Shown here: piece by piece, positions 34,430 through 45,246 of the stretch
Numbering within the stretch: the first letter of the stretch is position 1
How the letters are laid out: the number at the start of each line of letters is the position of its first letter
Assembly (NCBI GenBank): GCA_020536535.1
Contig: JAHLWZ010000927.1
Coordinates: forward strand, 1 to 45,246
Direction: 5' to 3'
Length of the DNA: 45,246 nucleotides
Origin: Pelomyxa schiedti
Lineage: Eukaryota; Protista; Evosea
The notes under the pieces: generated by a model
The model's database searches: none
Told to the model about the DNA's origin: nothing
The model's input: only the letters and a program-made list of their open reading frames with translations
Position numbers and translations under genes: made by a program

Positions 34430-37400
34430 CATAGCGGCTTTGGACTTGAAATCAACAAAGGCATATCCCATGGACTGTTGGTGCAAGTCCCGTGCAACAC
34501 AGAGTTGCTGTGTGATGGCAATTTTTACTGTGGTTCCTTGTACTTCCACATTATTGTCTTGGAACAGTTTATGCAGGTCACTGCATTCTACACTGGGGGA
34601 AGGTTGTCAATGAACAGAGTTTTCTGTGAGGGAACCCTGTTCAAGGATACCGTATGTTGAGAAACCTTCGTTCTGAAAAACTTTCGTAGCCGAAAACTTT
34701 CGTTGCTGAAAACTTTGGCGTCTCAGCACCAGGGACGAAAGTTTTGGCACCAGCATTTTCGCGGCTGTGGATGTAGGTGTAGTGGATAGATCGAGACGGA
34801 TAGAAAATCAAAATATGAGCACCGCCTTGGTTGTCCGTCGGCAACAGTGCACGTTGTTGGATATGTGGTCCAGTCCGGTGCACTTGGAAAGCTTTGCCGA
34901 AGTGTCTCTTGACACTCTTAAGAAATCGGCGGAGGTGTTTGGAATGGACCAAAAAAAAGTGGCAATAATAATCCACACACAGCACAAGTTTGGGACCAGG
35001 CAAGGCCTTCTAAATACCAAAAGGTATCACATTACAGGCACTATGGTCCTGTTCACTAACTTATGGAGGTTCCTAAGGACACACAACTCGAAATTGTGAA
35101 AACAATTGTGAGCTCTCATTGCCTTACAATTCCAGAGGTTTAGAGTTGTTTTTCTTTTTTTTTTTTTTGAGTTGATACAATTGTAGTTTCTGCACTCTTC
35201 TCCTCTTGTTAGGCAATTTATTTTACCTGCAACAACAATTCGAACTTGGGTGACTAAGTACAAGAAACTGCTGCTCAAGTACTGGTTTTCAGAGAGCCCA
35301 TGACAATATTGAACTTTGTGCAGCCGGCAAAGGAGACCAGTTGCAGGTTTTAATCCATTGCTACAAACCTGACTTACCTAATGTAGATGGGCCGGCATAC
35401 AACTGATGAACCTAGGGCACCACTCCTAACCGTACAACCTCCACACCTCCCTCAACCATTTCCACAACTTCCGCACCTCCTTCACAGACTCCAATAACCA
35501 TTTCCATAACTTCCGCTTCTCAGTCGATGGACTCGCCCTAACACAACAGCTGTCTCCCATAGTGCGTTATTATCTCCACTTTTGTAATCGCTATTAACAC
35601 AAATCTCCACAGCCTGTTGTTGCTTGCCCAGCACCTGTAGTTTCCATACTGACTGATCCTGTGTGTATACTAGTGTTTGGATTACCTTCTTACATCTAAC
35701 AGGGAAGAATTCTACCGATGGGTACTTCTCTCATGGCAGCGATGACGATGGATACTCTTCCCATGGAAGTGGAATGGACAATCCCAGCCCCATGCTTCCT
35801 CCGCTTTCTGCCACCGATACCTAACCATAGAAAAAGAAATTTTATTTCTATTACTAATTTCTAATCGGCTTCGAAACTTTTGGGACGATCATTTTGGCCA
35901 CGAATCATTTTCGGCAACAAAAGTTTTTGACAACGAAAGTTTTCTGGAACGAAGGTTTCTCAACATACGGTATATCCTGGTCAATCAGTTGTGATAGTGT
36001 TAATATTACCTTTGTAGCAGTGGTTCTCGATGTGCAGGTTCTCCATGAAACACAGAATTTCTGAGAAGAGAAATGCAGAGAGAGTTTGAATGCAGAATGG
36101 ACAGGCATTTCTGGGAACATCTCGTGCAAGTTGTTCTCACTGAGGTGAATCAATGCCCACCCAGGAATGTGCAACAGCTTTCCTGATGATGTTGAGATGC
36201 AGTCTGACTGGAAGCTTCCAGTTTTTGAGTGTTGTTGTGCTGTTGGCTGCTTATCCCAAGATAGACCATGAATGTCTTGTTGAAGAAGTTGTGAAGTGCC
36301 TCTCCATCAATTGCGTTCCTGATCAAGATTTCACCAACATGGTGACTGAACTCTGCTGAGAAAAATGAGTGAGTGATAAAGTAGAATAACACACGCACAC
36401 ACCATAGGAACTGGTGGATGCTGAGGAGTTCAACAGCACTTGATGGTTATCTGCATTTTTTTTCCTGGAGTGGCAAACAAATTTCTAAATTTGTGCTGCC
36501 ATTGGCATGTTAGTCTGCAGATTGGAAATTGTTATTTTGGATTTGGGAGTATAGAGCGTGTACTGCACATACAGAGACAATTTTGAGGTCATCCTGTCAT
36601 CTTCTGGGGATACAGTAGGCAGGAAGTGAGACAAAGTCACCCATACAACATTCTGCAAATGAGCAATTTGCCCAAGCTCATTGTATTCAAGTTCTACATC
36701 ATGCTGCAGCTTCAAGGCAATCTTTATTTTCGTTAGTCAGCTGCACAAGCAAATGGGAATGCATACCTATTTGATAGCTGTGATCTCCAGGCATCTCTAT
36801 TCTGGCTACCATTGTAATTTGCTGCTGAACCAGCACTGGCATGACAATATGACAATTCTGTTGAGAGATTCACGCCATTGGAAGGCATCCAAGCACTCAG
36901 GCATTCTCTCTTTGGCGAAATTATGGTCATTTATTAGGCGGAGATCAAGGAATTGTTCTTACCTGACACTGGAGGAATCAGCACTGTTTTCAAAGGCGTT
37001 TTCACATCGTTTTGAAGCTCCTGCAATGGAATAAGTTATTCTGGCAATAGTAACCAGGAAAGGAATACCTGGAATGGCGCAGGAACTCTGGAAAGCAAAT
37101 CTGAAGTACAGCAAACTCTGTTGCAATTCGAGGACTGATTTCCAATGCTACATATCGGCCGTATATGACAGCAATGCATTCTTCATCTATGGCAACAATG
37201 TTAGGCAATGCCAAGCTACACCCACTTCAAGGACCACTTGCACTGAAGTCCCTAGGAAGCTCATAATCTCACAAAGTCCCTTTCTGGACAAACAGTTAAA
37301 TACTGAGAGATCTGTGACTGGAACACACCAAAATCGAGGCAAGAGTACTTCTCTACATCTCATAGTTCATTCCATAGCCTGCAAGCATCACCTACTGCAT

Positions 37401-39865
37401 TTGCCAAAGAAAAATCATCATCATCATGGCGCAGCCATCAAACTCAAGCATGAATTCCAACACCTGCATGCAATTAATTTACACACCAACATTCCTACAT
37501 ACCTGCAAGTCACACCAATTCACTGCAAATTCGGCCCTCATGCAAATTCTCTCCCTCTCTGCCCGAGAAACTCCCATGGCTGTGGCGAGTTCCTTCTGTT
37601 CCTGGGATAGCTTGGACTCGGCCAAACCAGATTCTTCAACAAGACTCTGGTGTGATTTCAGGGCCTCCCTTGATATTATCAGTTGTATGGCCGATAAAGC
37701 AGTGTAAAGTCTCTTCCAAGAAACTTTGTTTCACTGAACTTTCAACAACCAAGGATGATGATACAGCAGCTTTACAATGAGAAACCATTGACTTCAGTTG
37801 GAGAAGCCAGTGGATGTCATGCAAGTCCTCCCATGTTACCTTGATGATGTTTTCACTTGGTGGGTCTGGCCACTTTCTTCTATGTGTGATGGTGGATTGT
37901 TGATGGAGAGTGCTGCATGCTTCCCCTGTTGGTGACTTGTTGATTTGAGGGCAGCAATTCTGTGAGTGAGGTTGCACCAATCCCCAATTGCCTTTATCCC
38001 CAGTCTTTTAAGGTCACTGTGATTGAGATGGATGAACGCCCAACCTGGAATCATCAACTGTGACTTTGGTGAACCTGGCAATGGTTTCTGCCAACAGGTC
38101 TGTGAACCCTTCACACTTCAGCCAGTTGATGACTTGGTCAGCACTCCATAATGTGGCAACAGACGCAGCAGTAAACTTGGAGTTGCTACTACTTGCAGAT
38201 GGATTAGGAAAATGCAAGGAACCCAATGTGTGGACATTCTCGATAATGTGACAGACAGCCTTTCTGTGCAACAGGTTGTGGAGCCCAAGCTGCTGCAGAT
38301 CCTCATCGGCAAGTTGTTCAAATGCTTCCCCATCGATTTTATTCCTCAGGAAAGAGTGCTTAAGTTCCTCTTCCCAACTCCTTTCTATTGCAATCCTTGC
38401 TGAATCCTCATCTGAATGATCACCTCAAAAAGTGGAGTGAGGAATATGAAAAAACAGTGCATAGAAACTTACCTTGAAGTGGGGAACAAAGTGACAAGAA
38501 ATCCATCTCAGGAAGGAGGAGATTTGCAACATCTTCTTTTGCAAGTCCTTGCAGAGATTTATTTGAGGCAGCCTGCAGGAGTCTCTGAAGGTTACTTTCA
38601 GCCAGTACCAACTCTCTGTTGACGTTTTCTTTCTCTTTCAGTAGCCACCATAAAACGCAGGTGTGTGCCTTGGCACCCTCCAAGGCATTATTAGAGAGTT
38701 TCTTGGTCTTGGAAAAATCTATTTCAGCCTTCACCATCTCTTCATCACATTGTTTCATTAGTGTTTTCATTGAAGTGACTTGTCCACGAAGTTCTGCATG
38801 CTTTGTAAGAGCTTTCTTTGTGGAAGTGCATCTTGCCTCCGCTTTTTCATGGCTGCATGCAATGGCATTTTTTGCTGAATCTCTGCAGAGTTCAAGTGTT
38901 GGCAGCCACTTTGAGGTGCTGTCTTGCATTTCCACACTTGAAGTCTGTTGAAGATTGTAAGTACAGGAGGGAAAAGGTGGTGTTTTCCAATCAATCTTTC
39001 CAAAATCCATTGCCTTTTGCCTTGATACCTTTTGTCCACTCTGGCTTGCAGTACTTCATTGGAAAGAATTTCTTTGATGTGGTTTTCTTCCCTTTCATTC
39101 AGTTCTGGATACCCTGTGTCTAGTAGTGCCATTGGTTTCACATCCAAATGTTCTTTAATGGCTACTTCTTGCGCATTTTCTCCTGTGGTAGAACTCTCAA
39201 AAAAAGCCTTCACTATAGGGAGATTCAGTGTTGAAAGATTGTCTCGAACCCTCAGGAATTGTTCTACCAGCACAAAGAAGCTTTTCAACCACCTCAATGT
39301 GCCCTTTGGCACCAGTGAGCAACACTGGTGTTAAAGAGGTGCCACACACTGGAGTGTTGACATCCATTGGCGTTGTTCTGATGAGGTGCTCAACGATATC
39401 TACAAACCCCTTCTCACAAGCAGTATGCAGCACTGTACGCTCTTTCCAGGTTATATTCAAGTCTGCAGCTTTGGTGAGGAGAAGCTGAACAATAGAAGTG
39501 TTGCCGTGATAGCAGGCAATATACAATGGCATTCCCCCATCACTTGCTTTGTTTGCATCAGAGTTGCCTTTTGTGAGCAGGGCATCAACCACGGCAAGGT
39601 GACCCTTCTTGCAGGCAAAATACAGTGGTGTGTATCCACCATTCAACCTGTTTACATCAGGTCTTGCTTTGCAACCGCTGTGTTCCCATAGAAGGACGCA
39701 AGCCACAGCGGCTCCTCGGCCTGCCACTGGGTCAGTGCCAAGTGAGAGCAGCGAAGTAAGGGCCATGGCGGCGTCGGAGGCCAGCCAACGGCCCCTCACG
39801 GCGTCCTGTAGCTTCCGCACCAAATCCAGTGGCACCTCAACAGCATTTGTACACGCTCTCTCCAT
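34430..39865 (-). pseudogene. Decayed ankyrin - coiled coil - SAM,SAM - coiled coil - SAM,SAM - RRM gene, interrupted by a transposon
   Basis: Ankyrins TPLYFACKKGH, PLYIACYHGN, TVLHTACEKGF; SAMs IDGEAFEQLADEDLQQLGL, WSADQVINWL…IPGWAFIHLNHSDLKRLGI, IDGEALHNF…LGI, IPGWALIHLSENNL; RRM TLFIDNLP…GYAFVDFKS. Several frameshifts and stops. Confidence 0.7.
34650..35970. mobile_element. Non-autonomous Tc1/mariner-superfamily (Tc2/pogo-like CCGTA ends) element, TA TSD
   Basis: TIR CCGTATGTTGAGAAACCTTCGTTC at 34650 and inverted ending at 35970; TA at 34648-49 and 35971-72; repeated AAAACTTTCGT subterminal motifs at both ends; no transposase recognised. Confidence 0.85.
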
Positions 39866-42800
39866 GCTTCCCAACAGAGAGCTGCATTTTGCATTCCTCT
39901 GAGCTCCATCATCAGTATTGAATAGACAAAGGAAGCACCAGTTTAATACACCAATGGGAAAAATGCTGACCCTTTCATTCACTATTGCAGGATGTGAATC
40001 CACTCTTGAAAATACAAGTGAAATGGTACTAATCCAGCTGCACCATTCAGCACTGGGCACAATAGCAGGTATGACTTGATACCACTGGACCCGCTTGTAA
40101 CCAGCTTTCTTGTGTGCCCTTCTGGGAATGGAAGAAATTTGTTGTCCCAATGTGCCTCTTTGATTCAAGTTTTTCATTCTCAGGCTAAATCGGCATTGCA
40201 ATATATTCTGTATAACTTGCTGCCATGTGTTACCATTCTAGATACAGTGGATGAGCCATCTGCCACAGGAAAACCATTCCCCATGGATGCCACTTGTGCA
40301 AGGGAAGGAAGCATATATTATCAAATAAAACAACCAATCCCAGAGGTTCTTCTTCCATGTGGCTTGTGGTATGGTTTTCATCGACCTTTGGAATAAAAGT
40401 GACATTGCTATAGCATGCAGTACAAGGTCAGAATAGATCACAACACCAGAGACATCTGGAGGGTAGGCTGGATCCACAAGTTATAGCACCGTGGCGTTTG
40501 AACAGGAACCAAATCAAATCAAATTGAACCAAAGGAAATCGCAATTTCCCAAATCACAGCTAGTCTTCCACTCCTTCAAACCCAAATTCGTAACAGTGAC
40601 AGCAATAAATTCACACTTACCACTCAAATCAGCTCCACCAGCACTCTCAGTGAGCTGTGTAATGTAAGGAATTATTATCTTACCGCAAGTGGAGTCATAC
40701 CCAGAACAGGATGCTGCAGTCCAAGCATGGCCTTCTCTCAAGCTGGAAGGAGAATAGCCATGCTAGTTGCCGTAATGAGAAGGCAGTTTACGATAATTCT
40801 GAACGAATTTGCAAGCCATACAAAGAGAGTTTATATCCAGGAATCTCTGATGTCAGGATTACATCTAGCAAGAGTTGATTCTATTGGGCAAAGTAGGATA
40901 TAGGGATTGCAACAATCCTGGACATACCACAAGGCTTTCTGAGTAAAGTATAGGGATCACTTTTTGGGGTGCAGGAGTAGTTCTTCGGCACATCTGAAGG
41001 AATTGAGTCCACATACTGGTTTTCATCTCATACGAACCTGGGGTAATTTCTCCCTCAACCAGCACAGTCTCGACAATGAGCCATGGGCATGCAGGCTGGC
41101 ATAAACCACCTGCTTTCAAAAACTTCTATCAGTGAGTCCCTGGCTAATCATTAGTCAGCTTTTAGTGAAGGAGAATGCATACCAACGCAAAGGAATCATC
41201 ACTTCTGTCAGGCTTTGCACATAATTCTGGTGATATATGCATCAGAGTATCATGGCTGAATTCTTGCCTTTGGGAGCTTCTTGACTTGTGCAGTGACAAT
41301 GAGATGCAGACAGTTTCTGGTACTTCACAGTAATATCATCAACGTCAGTGCTCTTCCTCTTTCCCTCCTCACAAGTCCTCTCCAGTTCCACGGCAATAGT
41401 TCTAGCTTGGCCCACAGTAGAAATTCCAGGTATGCCAATATACTTGTGCCTCACAGGTACCGTTGTACCTTTCTTGAACACTAGAAGTCTTAGTATTGTT
41501 TGGTTGTTAGAATCAGCAGGTTAATCATTGACTTGTCCCCAGAATTGTGTTATAGTTTGGTTACGTAATGGAGTTAGAGTCATAAGCCTCACAAAGTTTC
41601 CTCTGTATCAGCACTAAAGCAGTTGAGGAATACCTTCTTGAAGTCAACCCAACACTTCATCTTGGAGATGCCAGGCTTGACCCAGTCTTGGGTGTTGCCA
41701 GTAGGAGCTGAGGAGCAAGATTCGCATACAAGTACAGGGTCAGAATAGCCCCACAGAGCTGGCAAGCTGTCCCTAGCAAAATTTGATATGATCCCAGAAA
41801 GGTGGAAATCTTCAAAAATGAGTACTTGGAGAGAACCCACTTCCAAAAAACAAGAATTGAACTCATAGCAATATAGACATATTGAGTCAGCAGGGGAAAC
41901 GCCAAGGTCTTGGAAACAGAGAAATCGGAGATAAAGCAGCAGGAAGAATGCAGAGATGATGCAAGATTTGCTGGCAAGAAAGTCAAAGTGCAGCACACAA
42001 TAGGAGATGGAAACCTAAGGGTATAGATCTGTCAACCAAGCAGCATGCGGAGGTGATGTACAATTGCTGTAATGATATGTGATGTGGAATCTGTGCAGAC
42101 TGAGATGTGCAGGGCATGCCAATACTTTGAATCTCTGTGGTAAGTAAGGATCTGAAAGGCTGAGAACAGGATTACTTTAGGGAGCTCCAATCAAGCATAC
42201 TTCAGGGGGAAGGTTCAACGTTTAGAGGCAGTAAAAATATGGACAACTTGAATGAAGTAAATTGGAGGCACAGACAAAGAAAGGCACGGCATACACAAGT
42301 AGTATATTTGAGGAAATGTGAAAATGCCAGCAATATAGCAGCAATACATCAAGACAAGAAGACACACTAAAAGCCTGGGTATATATGGAAAGGGAGTGTG
42401 AGAGCCAAAAAGAGAAAATTGAGTGAGTTGGGAAATAATAACCTTGTTTCCTGCTCCCAAAATGCCAGGGGTTGGGAGTTTCCAAACAGTGAAGAGGAAG
42501 AGAGGAGGGGAAATGGCAAGCGGAAGGAACAGTGAACCACAAGTAGTATGCACATGAAAGCGTCCCCTTCCATTTCCAAATTTTTTGTTTGGTGGATCTC
42601 TGGCGGTTTTGGTAGCCCCCACCACATATCACTTCCCCCATACTCTTTCCTTCCCTTTTCTAGTTCAGGGCCACCACACAACCTGGCATTTTTTTTTTGT
42701 TAGCAGGGTGAGTGAGTGGGGTCATCGTTACACTTTGCGTTGCTGATGGCCACAGCCATGGCAAATGGGCTAAGCCAGATGGGGTTTTCTTTTGTTTCTT

Positions 42801-43482
42801 CTTGCTACTTCTCCCAGTGTCCTATCCCCCTCTTTTCTTCCATGGAGTGCAATTTTGGGATCTGTGTACATTTAAATTGTTTGCATTACATAAGGCAAAA
42901 CCTTAGCGATGCCGAGAGCTCCTGATATTTTCACCACCACCGTTGAATAGATGGCTCTGACTCGCTCGCAACCATATTGCCCCCAATGTCACTGTGTGGG
43001 TCCCACAGCCGCCGGCTCACTCCGCGGCCTCCCAACTGAAGTCACCGACTTGCTTCCAGCCTCTCTCTGGTTGCTGCCGACGTCGCGTAGCCGCCTCGCC
43101 CTCGACATCGCGGACATCGCCGACAACTCCCCCACAGGGAAAGTTGATGAAACGGTAATGCGACCCCAGAGTGGACCAACACCCTTTGAACTGTGTTTCA
43201 AAGAAAGGAAAAGTATGTTAGCGGTATGGATAGAAATAGAACTTTAGATGATCAACAGCTGAGAAAAGACACAGAAATGCAACCACAATGGCAGAAAATC
43301 CTACACCACAAGGACTTCTCAAATTAAAAATTAATCACTCTCACTAATCCACAAAATGACAACTTGTCCCATGAACACCATTTTTTGCAGAAGGACCCTT
43401 CACCTCAAGTGCTCAATCATCAAATCTCTCATGTACCTCAGCCAAAGAAAAAGAGATTTCCTTCAGTGATCAAACGCACCAG

Positions 43483-44505
43483 TCAGTTCCCCAACCACCC
43501 CACCACTTCAATATGGGGCTTATCAGAGAGAAGTGGTTGGCGCAACAACCAACTGCCAGTCACAGCATCCACAAGGTCAACGCACCCTTTTTGCACCAGC
43601 ACAAGGAATCCATTTTCAACGATGAGACATCCAACACCAACGTCAGGGAATACGCGCACGGGATGCTCAAAATCATCTATGGAGAACACAGAGATGGTTC
43701 TGTTCCTTCCAGCCGTGACGTGTGTGTAACCCACCTCTGCAACGTGTGTATAATCCACCTTTTGAGCGTAGCTGGGTTTTGGGTAATTGTGAATAACTGC
43801 AAGTGACCATATTCGCATGTGACCACTGCAATCCTCCCATGTTGCAATGTAGTCACGCCCGGCGAAAATGAGCTTGTGGCCCTTTATGGGGAAGACCACG
43901 GGATCCACAGTCTCCATTTCAGAAGATGGGAATGACTGCCTCACAACCAACTGACCAGATGCGTAGGTTTTTGCCAGATCAATGAATAGCACCATGGACC
44001 CAATTACTGTCCACACACAGACGTCATCATCACTAATCATCCCTTCCCACCTGTACCCTCCTCTCACATCCACGACTTTGCTCACCCCCAGCAATCCCAC
44101 TGGTCAGATACAGATACCCCCTGATTCACCAGACCTGTCATACAGCACGACCCACTTCCGCCCCTTGGTGCCACCCAACGAGCTGCAACTCCAAAGCCTC
44201 ACAAGTTCCAGAACAGCCCCCGCGTGCCAGAAATCCACGACTTCGAACACATCAGGCCCGCTCCCGCGCCTCGCCCCCAGCCGTCGCCGAGCCACGCGCA
44301 CACGTCCACGATGGGGGCACCCCCCCAGCGCCTCACCACCCCCAGCGTGTGCGACACCCCAACGAACAGCGCCCCCCCAGAACGCGCCGTAGCCGGTCGC
44401 GACGACGCTCCTGTCCACTTGCATGACAAAGCTCGCCCCGATCTCGTCGGCCACTATGTGCAGAGGCAGGGCGGCGGCTGGGCTCAGCGCGCCGCAGCGA
44501 GCCAT
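43483..44505 (-). pseudogene. Lineage-specific 'ARCG..SP' family gene, probably frameshifted
   Basis: MARCGALSPAAAL…; LFVGVSHTLGVV lies in a different frame from flanking segments; C-terminus ISVFSIDDFEHPVRVF…VENGFLVLV…VDLVDAVTG parallels 1560-1846. Confidence 0.55.
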
Positions 44506-45246
44506 TCCTTGTGGAAACTCTGCTGCCTAGTGAGCGTTTGAGATGTTGTATAGTATCGGATAGGCAAACCGGGGTGAGTATGAAAGATATCTCGCAACAA
44601 TAATATACCTCTTATTCCATACAAGTGTGTCGACTGTTTATCTAGGTGGAACGCAAATTTAAGTTAGGAGGAACACAACCAAACTCCCAGCACCTTCTTA
44701 CCGTACAGTAAAAATAGCCAAAGGCACGAATCAGCACCAACTGAAACCAAGTTGAAACAAACAGATCTTTTTTTGGCGTTAATTCACAAAGTTACATAGC
44801 CTACGAAGGTTGTTATGTGTGCGGTGTATAGTCAGTGTCGTTGTACGTAATGTGAACTTTTTTATTTCAGCTGGCCTGTTCATATGTCTCAAGTGGTATG
44901 TTGTCAACTCCAGTTGACCCCGTGCACCTGTTTCACTCTGTCGGAGCCCAAATCAGGTGTTTGGGTACCGGTTGTAGGTCCTCCAAAAGGCTGCAACAGA
45001 ACACAAGTGCTGTGCTCTCCCCCTCCATTCACAACAGCTCTTTTTGGGTAAAACTTTGTTGTTGTTCCTGAGTAACCCAAAAAGAATGAAAACGGTATTG
45101 ATTAATAAGTGACTGTTGTTTGATGTATGTGTGGATGGCACACAGATTGTGTTTTTTGCTGGGGAATGAAGGTGTAGCATTTTATAAGAATCTCTAGATG
45201 CCACTTAGGCTTTGCTTGGTTCTTATGTGTCAGTCCTCAGACGGCA

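Noticed and set aside
40865-41119. KVIPILYSESLVVCPGLLQSL resembles the TIR-domain betaD motif (MyD88 RLIPIKY)
   Set aside because: No TIR box-1 or alphaC Glu recognisable, and alternative frames with splice sites are equally plausible; too weak to call.
40200-43250. Scattered short minus-strand ORFs (e.g. FKKGTTVP, Hsp70-like)
   Set aside because: Similarities are only a few residues long and the frames cannot be joined reliably.

Overview
Eukaryotic, gene-dense DNA with short GT-AG introns (about 40-105 nt); no rRNA, tRNA or CRISPR seen. Gene style (HRDLSSNN TKL kinases, ankyrin/MORN repeats, 'ARCG..SP' N-terminal family) suggests an amoebozoan, possibly a Pelomyxa-like archamoeba; this is inference, not a database result. 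After splicing the ORF fragments by hand, the window is dominated by multidomain proteins whose domains resemble animal or bacterial cell-autonomous immunity. (1) A TRIM-like RING/B-box/coiled-coil/B-box/SPRY gene (2143-5769,-). (2) An IFI44-like GTPase + ubiquitin-like + tankyrase-type PARP fusion with seven in-phase introns (17921-20416,-). (3) Head-to-head with it, an ankyrin-UBL-kinase (20897-24381,+), plus a MORN-UBL-kinase paralog (11616-15376,-). (4) A 1554-aa dynamin-like GTPase + Ser/Thr kinase + patatin phospholipase fusion (29144-33913,+). (5) A decayed ankyrin/SAM/RRM gene split by a TA-flanked Tc1/mariner-like insertion. Also present: an internally deleted mini-copy of the ankyrin-kinase/dynamin gene pair (7613-10000), a RhoGAP-SH3 lacking the arginine finger, and a nested inverted-repeat element carrying a SAP-like exon (24699-27084). 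All domain calls are by eye from motifs; no searches were run.
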